This document shows positions 44,060-52,115 of a stretch of DNA of 58,280 nucleotides, one piece after another. Source of the stretch: an uncultured Anaerolineales bacterium. GTDB lineage: Bacteria > Chloroflexota > Anaerolineae > B4-G1. The number at the start of each line of letters is the position of its first letter. Position 1 is the stretch's first letter. Under the pieces are notes generated by a model. The model saw only the letters and a program-made list of their open reading frames with translations. It ran no database searches and had not been told where the DNA came from. The position numbers and the translations under genes were made by a program. The stretch is from positions 1-58,280 of the forward strand of contig CAZMOT010000003.1 in assembly GCA_964568065.1 (NCBI GenBank), read 5' to 3'.

Positions 44060-45868
44060 ATGGTTACTTTCACCATTGATGGACAAGAAGTTCAAGGCGA
44101 GGAAGGGCAGACCATCCTTGAGGTCGCTCAGCAGGTCGGGATCGAAATACCTACCCTCTGCTATCATCCTCTTCTCACGCCCTACGGCGGCTGTCGGCTG
44201 TGCACGGTGGAGATCGTCGCCAGGGGCAGGACAGGGCTGCAGACCGCCTGCACTTACCCGGCCGAGGAAGGGTTGGAGGTGCTGACCCGTTCCCCCGGCG
44301 TCGTCGAGGCGCGCAAGGTGATCCTGGGGCTGCTGCTTTCGCGCACGCCCAACGTCGAGGTGATGCAGGACCTGGCACGGGAGTACGGCATCACGGAACC
44401 ACCCTTCCCCACCGACACCCCCGACGAGCGGTGCATCCTCTGCGGCCACTGCGTGCGCACGTGCGACGAACTGGTCCAAGCCCACGTGCTGAACTTCTCC
44501 GAGCGGGGCATCGAACGGCGGGTGGGGCCGCCCTTCCTGGAAAAGACCCGCCAGTGCATCGGCTGCGGTGCCTGCACTATCGTCTGCCCCACCGGCGCCA
44601 TCGAGATCGCTCTGGAAGAAGCGGGGGTCTACCAGGCAAAGCCGCTGGGGCCGACTTCGGCCATCTATGTGCCTTCGCTGCAAGCGGTGCCGCAGGTGCC
44701 GGTCATTGATACCGACTCTTGTATTCGCTTCCGCCAGAACGATCGCACCGAGGGCGAGATCGCGGACGCCTGCGCGGCCTGCCAGATGCTGTGTGAGGCT
44801 GACGCGATCAACTTCGACCAGCAGGACGAGATCGTCGAGCTGGACGTGGGGGCCATCATCGTCGCTACCGGCTTCGAGATGTGGGATCCCACCCAGCTTT
44901 CCCAGTATTCCTACGGCAAGTCGCCCAACATCATCACCGGTATGGAGTTTGAGCGCCTCTCCAATGCCGGCGGGCTGACGGGCGGCAAGATCTTGCTCGC
45001 CGACGGCCGGGAGCCCGAGCGCGTGGCCATCATCCACTGCGTCGGCAGCCGTGACCACAACGCGCATCCCTACTGCTCCCGCATCTGCTGCATGTACTCG
45101 CTCAAACAGGCCCACCTGGTGCACGATAAAACCGGGGCCAAGGTGTACGAGTTCTACGTGGACATGCGCACCTTCGGCAAGGCCTACGAGGAGTTCTACG
45201 AGCGGGTGCAGAAGGAGAAGGGCATCTGTATGGTGCGCGGCCGGGGCGCCAGGGTAGAGGTGCTACCAGACGGCAAACTGCGCGTCAGGGGAGAGGATGC
45301 TAACCTGGGCCAGTTAGTGCACGTGGACGTGGACATGGTCGTGCTCAGCACGGCCATCGAGGCCCCGCACGACGCCGACCGGGTGGCGGCGCTCTTCGGC
45401 CTGGGCCGCACGGAGGACGGCTTCTTCGCCGAGGCGCACCCCAAACTGCGCCCGGTGGAGACCAACACCGATGGGGTATTCCTGGCCGGCGTTGCCCAAG
45501 GCCCCAAAGACGTGCCGGATACAGTGGCTCACGCCGGTGCGGCGGCCTCCATGGCCCTGGCTTTGCTGGGTAAGGGGGAAGTGACCATCTCGCCCGCCGT
45601 CGCCTGCGTGAATGAGAAACTCTGCTCCGCCTGCAAGACCTGCATCGCGCTCTGCCCCTACACCGCCATCAGTTTCATCGAGGAGATCGGTGAAAAGGGC
45701 GTGGCCCGCGTCAACGAGGTGCTGTGCAAGGGCTGCGGCACCTGCGCAGCAGCCTGCCCCTCCGGCGCCATCACGGCGCGGCATTTCACGGATCAGCAGA
45801 TCCTGGCTCAGATCGAGGGGCTGTTCCGCATGCCTGCGGCGCAACCTGCTGAAGGAGTACGCTCATGA
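44060..45868 (+). CDS. hdrA: Fusion of a NuoG/HydA-N-terminal-like Fe-S module with an HdrA-like flavoprotein body that lacks the HdrA N-terminal dinucleotide-binding segment
   Basis: N-terminus FTIDGQEV...PTLCYHP...GGCRLCTVE is a [2Fe-2S] motif. CILCGHCVRTC and CIGCGACTIVCPTGAI follow. The HdrA-like part reads AIYVPSLQAVP..., GAIIVATGFE, IIHCVGSRD, CSRICCMY and GVFLAGVAQGPKD, with a C-terminal CSACKTCIALCP...CKGCGTCAAACP. Confidence 0.78.
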   Translation: MVTFTIDGQEVQGEEGQTILEVAQQVGIEIPTLCYHPLLTPYGGCRLCTVEIVARGRTGLQTACTYPAEEGLEVLTRSPGVVEARKVILGLLLSRTPNVEVMQDLAREYGITEPPFPTDTPDERCILCGHCVRTCDELVQAHVLNFSERGIERRVGPPFLEKTRQCIGCGACTIVCPTGAIEIALEEAGVYQAKPLGPTSAIYVPSLQAVPQVPVIDTDSCIRFRQNDRTEGEIADACAACQMLCEADAINFDQQDEIVELDVGAIIVATGFEMWDPTQLSQYSYGKSPNIITGMEFERLSNAGGLTGGKILLADGREPERVAIIHCVGSRDHNAHPYCSRICCMYSLKQAHLVHDKTGAKVYEFYVDMRTFGKAYEEFYERVQKEKGICMVRGRGARVEVLPDGKLRVRGEDANLGQLVHVDVDMVVLSTAIEAPHDADRVAALFGLGRTEDGFFAEAHPKLRPVETNTDGVFLAGVAQGPKDVPDTVAHAGAAASMALALLGKGEVTISPAVACVNEKLCSACKTCIALCPYTAISFIEEIGEKGVARVNEVLCKGCGTCAAACPSGAITARHFTDQQILAQIEGLFRMPAAQPAEGVRS

Positions 45869-46401
45869 ACAGTACGGACTCTGAACCGAGAATCGTCGGC
45901 TTTCTGTGCAACTGGTGTACCTACGCCGCAGCCGACACGGCCGGTATCTCCCGCATGGAGCAGCCGTCCAACGTGGACATCATCCGCGTGATGTGCTCGG
46001 GGCGCATAGACCCGGTCTTTATCCTCAAGGCCTTCGCCGAGGGAGCCGACGTCCTCATCGTCTCAGGCTGCCACCCGCCCGGCGATTGTCACTATCAGGA
46101 GGGCAACTACAAGACCTTCCGCCGCATGCCGCTGGTGGAGGCGCTGCTGGCGCAGTACGGCATCGAGAAGGAACGCTTCCACTGGGGCTGGATCTCCGGC
46201 GCGGAGGCCCCTCAGTGGGCGCAACTAGTGCGCGAGTTCACCGTCCAGGTACACGACCTGGGGCCGGATGCGCCACCCGCTGAACACAACATCCTGGGGC
46301 TAATCCACAAGGTCGGTCTGGAGATCGATGGCAATGTGATCAGCAGCCGTGGAAAGGCTATGGACATCGTGGATATGCTGGGCGGCAAGACCATCCGGTA
46401 G
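45865..46401 (+). CDS. mvhD: MvhD/FlpD-like (methyl-viologen-reducing hydrogenase delta subunit family) protein
   Basis: ATGA overlap with the upstream gene. IVGFLCNWCTYAAAD...IRVMCSGRIDP...GADVLIVSGCHPGDCHY. Confidence 0.85.
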   Translation: MNSTDSEPRIVGFLCNWCTYAAADTAGISRMEQPSNVDIIRVMCSGRIDPVFILKAFAEGADVLIVSGCHPPGDCHYQEGNYKTFRRMPLVEALLAQYGIEKERFHWGWISGAEAPQWAQLVREFTVQVHDLGPDAPPAEHNILGLIHKVGLEIDGNVISSRGKAMDIVDMLGGKTIR

Positions 46402-46467
46402 ATTAGTCAGGGAGACCAATCTACCGATTTACCAGCTTACCAATCTACCTTTTCGAGAGCGATTGCT

Positions 46468-46944
46468 TTGAAGATATTGGTGCTGGGCCTGGGTAATCCG
46501 ATCCTGAGCGACGATGGAGTCGGGATTCACGTGGCGCGAGCAGTGGCGAAGCACTGTTCACAGGACGACGTGACTCTCACCGAAGCGAGCGTCGGAGGGC
46601 TGCGGTTGCTGGACGTCGTCGCTGGCTACGAACGGATCATCATGGTGGATGCAATTCAGACCCGCGACGGCAAACCGGGCGATCTTTATCGTCTGTCCCC
46701 CAATGACTTGAAGGTATCGTTGCATTCGAGCTCGACGCACGATCTTTCCCTGCCCGGCGCACTGGCCCTGGGTAGGAATCTGGGCATGACGTTGCCCGAC
46801 GATGAAGCCATCGTCATCATCGCCGTCGAGGTGGAGGACGTGCTGACGTTCGGTGAGGGATGCACGCCTGCGGTGGTAGATGCCATCCACCGGGCCGTGG
46901 AGGCAGTACTGGCTGAACTGGAGGATTTAAGATCGGCGGATTGA
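46468..46944 (+). CDS. [NiFe]-hydrogenase maturation endopeptidase family protein (HyaD/HycI/FrhD-like)
   Basis: TTG start. MKILVLGLGNPILSDDGVGIHVA...IIMVDA...HSSSTHDLSL. Confidence 0.78.
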   Translation: MKILVLGLGNPILSDDGVGIHVARAVAKHCSQDDVTLTEASVGGLRLLDVVAGYERIIMVDAIQTRDGKPGDLYRLSPNDLKVSLHSSSTHDLSLPGALALGRNLGMTLPDDEAIVIIAVEVEDVLTFGEGCTPAVVDAIHRAVEAVLAELEDLRSAD

Positions 46945-47030
46945 TGATTTGGGAACTTGATTGTCCGACTTCCGCGATCTGTGCTGCTGCGCCCCTGCCA
47001 AATCCGAAATCATAACAGAAGGCACACTGA

Positions 47031-48065
47031 ATGAAACTCTATCGTCTCAAAACCGTATCCTGGCAAGATTCCCAACTTCTCTATCACGCCCTGCCCCGCC
47101 TGGGCCGCGAGGGGGTGATCCTCTGTTCCCCTGCCACTACCTACGTCTGCAGTGGCTACTTCCAGGACGTGGGGCAGGAGGTGGACGTGGCGTTCTGCCG
47201 CGAGAACGACATTCCCATCTTCCGGCGAGAAGTCGGCGGTGGCGCGGTCTACCTGGACGGCGAGCAGCTCTTCTATCAGTTAATCATCCGCAAGGACAAC
47301 CCCTTGGCCCCTGCCAGCAAAGAGGCCTTCTACCGTAAGTTTCTCCAGGCCCCCATCGAGGCCTATCGGGCGCTGGGCATCCCCGCCGAGTACAAACCGG
47401 TCAACGACATCATCGCCAACGGGCGCAAGGTCTCCGGCAACGGCGTGGCCGAGATTGGCGAATACATCGTCCTCGTCGGCAATCTGATCGTGGACTTTGA
47501 CTACGAGATGATGGCCCGCGTGCTGAAGGTGCCCGACGAGAAGTTCCGCGACAAGGTCTACAAGACGATCTACGAGAACCTTTCAACCATCAAGCGAGAG
47601 ATTGGCGAGGTGCCACCGACCGATGAACTATGGACGCTGATGGCGGATAAATTCGCTGAGACGCTGGGCCCGCTGGAGGAGCACACGAAGGTGGACGAGG
47701 AATGGCGCGCCCAGGCGGACGAATTGGCGGCGCAGTTCCTCACCGATGAGTGGCTCCATCAGAAAAGGCATCCCCGTACCGACCGAGAGGTAAAGATCCG
47801 CGCTGGCGTGCAGGTTAGGCGTAAGATGCACAAGGCGTCCGGCGGCCTCATACGCGCTACGACCGAGGTGCAGGACGGTGTCATCGCTGCGGTGTCTCTT
47901 TCGGGGGACTTTTTCTTTTTCCCAGAAGAGAGACTGACCGACCTGGAGGCGGCGCTGGTAGACGTACGGGTCGAGGAAGTGGAGCAGGCCGTCGCCCGCT
48001 TCTACCAGGAGCACAGTATCGAAAGCCCTGGCGTAACGTCGGCGGATTTTGCGCAGGTAGTGTGA
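47031..48065 (+). CDS. Lipoate-protein ligase (LplA family)
   Basis: RREVGGGAVYLDGEQLFYQLI and NDIIANGRKVSGNGVAEIG (lipoyl-AMP-binding Lys region), plus a C-terminal accessory domain. Confidence 0.8.
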   Translation: MKLYRLKTVSWQDSQLLYHALPRLGREGVILCSPATTYVCSGYFQDVGQEVDVAFCRENDIPIFRREVGGGAVYLDGEQLFYQLIIRKDNPLAPASKEAFYRKFLQAPIEAYRALGIPAEYKPVNDIIANGRKVSGNGVAEIGEYIVLVGNLIVDFDYEMMARVLKVPDEKFRDKVYKTIYENLSTIKREIGEVPPTDELWTLMADKFAETLGPLEEHTKVDEEWRAQADELAAQFLTDEWLHQKRHPRTDREVKIRAGVQVRRKMHKASGGLIRATTEVQDGVIAAVSLSGDFFFFPEERLTDLEAALVDVRVEEVEQAVARFYQEHSIESPGVTSADFAQVV

Positions 48066-48182
48066 AGTGATGCCGAAAACATGAAATCCCCTGAACGTAC
48101 CCGGTGCTCTCTCCGACCTGGAAGAGTCTGCCAAAGAGCGCATCGGAGGGATACCGCAATTAATCCCACTTACAGATCTGAT

Positions 48183-48210
48183 TTGACATTCCCCCACGAC
48201 GTGATAGAAT
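48183..48210 (+). promoter_or_regulatory. Strong sigma-70-type promoter for rpsA (TTGACA-N16-TGaTAGAAT, extended -10)
   Basis: -35 at 48183-48188, TG at 48202-48203 and -10 at 48205-48210. This implies a leader of about 225 nt. Confidence 0.6.
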
Positions 48211-48442
48211 ACGCGCACATTCGAGATACTGCCCTTTATTTGTTCGTGCGGACGGCGACGCCGAACCGTCTCTTACTTGTTGGCCTTTTTGCGAGGTAGG
48301 CAGGGATAAGACGACCCGATTAAGTACCCGTCTAATATCAGGCGTGATCCCCGAACCCGGCATCGCCCGCACCTATTCCAAGTGCAGGTAGTGCCGGGTT
48401 TCTCATCGGAGGGCAGTATCTCAGGAGGAGTAACCTAGATTC

Positions 48443-50227
48443 ATGGTAGACGTGAATGCAGATGCTTCAACCCACCAGGGTCCAACTGACCATAACTTGA
48501 CCGACCAGGATCCGGCTGGCCAAGGTCCGAGTGACCAGGGCATGGGCGAGTATCTGGCGGAGTATCAGGCACCCCGGCGCGGAGACCTCTGCACCGGTGT
48601 CGTGATAGACACCAACGAGCGTGGTTTGGTCGTGGACGTCAGCCTTAAGCGAGAGGGCTTCGTCCCCGCTGAAGACCTGGCACGCCTGGACAAGGAAACC
48701 CGCTCCGCAATCCAGATCGGCACCACGGTCACAGTATTAGTGCTCCGACCAGAAGATAGGGATGGGCATCCCATCTTGTCCATCCATCAGGCTCGGCTGC
48801 AACAGGACTGGCTCAGGGCTGAGGAGATGATGGAGAGAGGCGAACTCTACGAAGGCGAGGTTTCCGGACACAACCGCGGCGGTCTCGTGGTTCAATTTGG
48901 TAGAATTCGCGGCTTCGTCCCTGCCTCGCAAATCGTAGGGCTGCCCAGACGATTGTCAGAAGAAGAGCGCCGCCGACGCCTGGCGGACATAGTCGGGCAG
49001 CAACTCGGCCTCAAGATCATAGAAGTGGATCGCCGTCGCCGTCGCCTGATCTTTTCCCAACGGCGAGCACTGCGCGCCTGGCAGGAACTACAGCGCGAGC
49101 GAGTCATGGCCCAATTAACCGAGGGGGAGACGCAACGTGGGCGAGTCACCGACATCACCAGCTTTGGTGCTTTCGTGGACCTGGGTGGGGCTGACGGCTT
49201 GATCCACGTTTCGGAACTCAGTTGGAGCCGGGTAGACAATCCACACCAGGTGCTCAAGGTCGGCGATGAGGTGGACGTCTACGTGCTCGACGTAGACCGC
49301 GAGCGGAAACGAATCGCGCTCAGCCTCAAGAAACTACAGCCCGATCCCTGGACTCAGGTAGACGACAAGTATCAGATAGGCCAGTTGGTCGAGGGATGTG
49401 TCACCCGTGTGCTAGATTTCGGCGCTTTCATCGAACTGGACCCCGGAGTGGAAGGACTACTCCACGCCAGCGAGATGATCGGCACACCAGAACTTAACCC
49501 CTCGGACATCGTTCATCCCGGCGAAACGCTGCTGGTGAAGATCATTCGCATAGATAGCCGGAGAAGACGACTCGCCCTGAGCGCCAAGCAAGTGCGGCGG
49601 AATGAGTGGGAACGTTGGGTAGCAGAGCAGCAGGCAGCAGCGGCTGAAGCAGCCCAACAAGAGGAAGCCGCAGAACTCACGGGCGACGAAGTAGCCGAGG
49701 AAGAGGCCGCGGCGCCAGAGGCGGGGGGCGTGGGTGACGAAGCAGCCGAGGAAGAGGCCATAGTCCCAGAGGTGGAGGGCGCGGGCGACGAAGTAGTCGA
49801 GGAAGAGGCTATAGCCCCAGAGGCAGAGGGCGCGGGCGACGAAGCAGTCGAGGAAGAGGCCGCGGCGCCAGAGGCGGAGGCTGAGGGCGACGAAGCAGTT
49901 GAGGAAGAGACCGCGGCGCCAGAGGCGGGGGGCGCGGGCGACGAAGCAGTCGAGAAAGAGACCGCGGCGCCAGAGGCGAAGGCCGTGGGCGACGAAGCAG
50001 TCGAGGAAAAGACCGCGGCGCCAGAGGCAAAGGTAGCGACCAGCGGAGCGGTTGAGGAAGAGACGACAATGTCAGAGGAAGTAGCGGGCGAGGAAGATGC
50101 CGAAGAGGTCACTGCAAACGAGGCAGCACCTCAAATAGAGGTTCCCCTAGCTCCCGATGAGGAAGCGGTGGAGCCCACCAGAGTTCCCGCTCCTGGCGTC
50201 GCATCTGAGGCAGAGGCCAACCTATAG
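48443..50227 (+). CDS. rpsA: 30S ribosomal protein S1 (four S1 domains) with a long acidic repetitive C-terminal tail
   Basis: AGGAGG RBS. Four repeats of the G..v.G.V......G..V.......G..... pattern. The tail starts after about residue 400. Confidence 0.9.
   Translation: MVDVNADASTHQGPTDHNLTDQDPAGQGPSDQGMGEYLAEYQAPRRGDLCTGVVIDTNERGLVVDVSLKREGFVPAEDLARLDKETRSAIQIGTTVTVLVLRPEDRDGHPILSIHQARLQQDWLRAEEMMERGELYEGEVSGHNRGGLVVQFGRIRGFVPASQIVGLPRRLSEEERRRRLADIVGQQLGLKIIEVDRRRRRLIFSQRRALRAWQELQRERVMAQLTEGETQRGRVTDITSFGAFVDLGGADGLIHVSELSWSRVDNPHQVLKVGDEVDVYVLDVDRERKRIALSLKKLQPDPWTQVDDKYQIGQLVEGCVTRVLDFGAFIELDPGVEGLLHASEMIGTPELNPSDIVHPGETLLVKIIRIDSRRRRLALSAKQVRRNEWERWVAEQQAAAAEAAQQEEAAELTGDEVAEEEAAAPEAGGVGDEAAEEEAIVPEVEGAGDEVVEEEAIAPEAEGAGDEAVEEEAAAPEAEAEGDEAVEEETAAPEAGGAGDEAVEKETAAPEAKAVGDEAVEEKTAAPEAKVATSGAVEEETTMSEEVAGEEDAEEVTANEAAPQIEVPLAPDEEAVEPTRVPAPGVASEAEANL
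49682..50038 (+). repeat. Seven in-frame tandem 51-nt repeats (17-aa unit GDEAVEEEAAAPEAxGA) inside rpsA
   Basis: GGY-GAC unit starts at 49682, 49733, 49784, 49835, 49886, 49937 and 49988. Confidence 0.9.
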
Positions 50228-50277
50228 AGTGCTGTATGCTTCCTAACCGTCGCAGCCAATGCGAAGAGGTAAACTGA

Positions 50278-50529
50278 ATGGGCAAAAAGAAAGAGGACAA
50301 GATAGATATGGAGGGCACCGTCATTGAGGCGTTTCCAGCCACTCAGTTCCGTGTACGGCTTGATAACGGTCACGTGATACTGGCTTACCTCTCTGGCAAA
50401 ATGCGCAAGTACTACATCCGTATCCTGCTGGGCGACCGCGTGCGGGTGGAACTATCTCCTTACGACCTAACACGCGGTCGAATCACCTACCGATATAAAC
50501 GCTCCGTTCAGCAGCAAGAAGAGCGGTAA
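50278..50529 (+). CDS. infA: Translation initiation factor IF-1
   Basis: [64 protein letters not shown]. Confidence 0.92.
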   Translation: MGKKKEDKIDMEGTVIEAFPATQFRVRLDNGHVILAYLSGKMRKYYIRILLGDRVRVELSPYDLTRGRITYRYKRSVQQQEER

Positions 50530-51398
50530 CCTCTTTTTGCCACCAGGCATACCCAGTCATCTCTCTGCTGCCGTTCTACTAGGGTAAGCCCGCCTCGCTC
50601 CAGTGCCGCAATGACCTCTGGCTCCTGATCAGCGATGATTCCGGCGGCGATTAGTACCCCCCCAGAGCGCACCCGCGTTGCGAGCCCCTCCTGCATCATC
50701 TCCACGATGACCTTCGCCAGGATGTTGACCACTGCCACGTCGTAACCCCTCGACACATCTGCAAGAGACCCGCACATCACGCTTACAGTCTCCTGCACCT
50801 CGTTGGTGACCACGTTGCTCCGTGCTGCTCTGACCGCCGCAGGATCATTGTCCACCGCCAGCACGCACCCAGCACCCAACTTGGCTGCCGCAATCGCCAG
50901 GATGCCGGAACCGGTACCCATGTCGAGCACTTCTGCCTCCGGGCGTACCAACTTCTCCAGCGTTACCAGACACATCTGCGTCGTAGGATGCAGACCGGTA
51001 CCAAAGGCCATTCCGGGGTCCAACTGGATGACGACGTCCCCAGGTGCGGGCGCGTAGTCGCGCCACGAGGGCCGGATGACGATGTGCTGGCCTACGTGCA
51101 GGACATTCAACCGCTCCTTCCACGCTTCTGCCCAGTCCGCCTCGGCGATAGGACGGAAGGTGGGCGCAGAAGTAGGCTGGATCTGACCCAGGTGCCAGAG
51201 CGCCTCCTCGACGCGGCGCTTGTTGTCCCGCAATTGGTCGTCGGCAGGTAAGTAGGCCCTAACAATCACCGGGCCCGCATTCCAACCGCTGGGCCCGGCT
51301 TCGATAACTACCCCACGATAGGCATAGCGCGAAAGCACCTCGGCCACCGCCTCCGCGGTCTCGTTCTCCACCGTCACACTGACCTCAAGCCACTCCAT
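50508..51398 (-). CDS. prmA: Ribosomal protein L11 methyltransferase
   Basis: MEWLEVSV..., [13 protein letters not shown] and [20 protein letters not shown] (SAM motif I). Confidence 0.88.
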   Translation of the reverse strand: MEWLEVSVTVENETAEAVAEVLSRYAYRGVVIEAGPSGWNAGPVIVRAYLPADDQLRDNKRRVEEALWHLGQIQPTSAPTFRPIAEADWAEAWKERLNVLHVGQHIVIRPSWRDYAPAPGDVVIQLDPGMAFGTGLHPTTQMCLVTLEKLVRPEAEVLDMGTGSGILAIAAAKLGAGCVLAVDNDPAAVRAARSNVVTNEVQETVSVMCGSLADVSRGYDVAVVNILAKVIVEMMQEGLATRVRSGGVLIAAGIIADQEPEVIAALERGGLTLVERQQRDDWVCLVAKRGYRSSCC

Positions 51399-51412
51399 GT
51401 TGGATCAGGAAG

Positions 51413-52081
51413 TCAGCATTGACCGATTGGCTCCAAAGGATTGGGAAAATGTCCAAATCTGACCTGAGGCCCGTCCACCAGTGCAGCCCAGTGCACGGCA
51501 TTGGCGATGACACGTAGCACCTCAGGCTGATGGAAGATCAGGTAAGTCTCGTGACCGGGGCGAAAGTAGAAGACCTTGCCCTTGCCACAGTGATAGCAGC
51601 GCCCGCTACGAAAAACCTCGCCGCCCTGGAACCAACTGACGAAGACCAGCGTATCGGGCGCGGGGATATCAAAGCACTCACCGTACATCTCTGTATAGGG
51701 AATCTCAAAATACTCGCCCAGACCTTCGGCGATGGGATGTCCCGGCTCAATCACCCAGATGCGTTCCTTCTCGCCTGCCTCACGCCACTTGAGGTCACAG
51801 GAAGTAGCCATCAGCTTCTTGAACTTAGTGTCCTGAGTGCAGCACGATCAGGCCCATCCCGTCCAACACGCGCCCATACACCCTATCCACGACCTCATCC
51901 TGGACTTTATCGTGTGCCATGTGCCCCCACCAGATCAGGACGTCGGTCTGGGCCAGCACGTCATCGGTCAAACCATGCTGATGTGGGTCGTATCCAACTG
52001 CTGCAACATACTTTGGATGTGATGGCGGGCCATTCCACCACAGCCGATGATGGTTGTCTGGATAGGTTTCTTTGCAGCCAT
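51413..52081 (-). pseudogene. ThuA-domain (trehalose-utilisation-like) gene, frameshifted and N-terminally eroded
   Basis: The C-terminal 132 aa are intact ([16 protein letters not shown]...FYFRPGHE). The preceding ...[50 protein letters not shown]-stop lies in another frame. There is no in-frame start codon for that segment. Confidence 0.6.
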
Positions 52082-52115
52082 GAAAGTCTGTTCTCCCAAC
52101 CAGTAGCAGACGGCG

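Noticed and set aside
42745-45124. Minus-strand ORFs of 253 aa and 376 aa
   Set aside because: They are antisense to the NuoF-like and HdrA-fusion genes, so I treat them as shadow ORFs.
49513-50112. 199-aa Ser/Ala-rich minus-strand ORF, and the possibility that the 51-nt repeats are a CRISPR-like array
   Set aside because: It is the reverse complement of the acidic S1 tail. The repeats are contiguous with no spacers and are in frame within rpsA, so they are not CRISPR.
51970-52081. Gfo/Idh/MocA-like N-terminus ([26 protein letters not shown]) read from ATG 52081
   Set aside because: The frame stops after 37 codons, and no oxidoreductase-like sequence follows in any frame. The same nucleotides carry ThuA-like sequence in another frame, so the resemblance is probably fortuitous.
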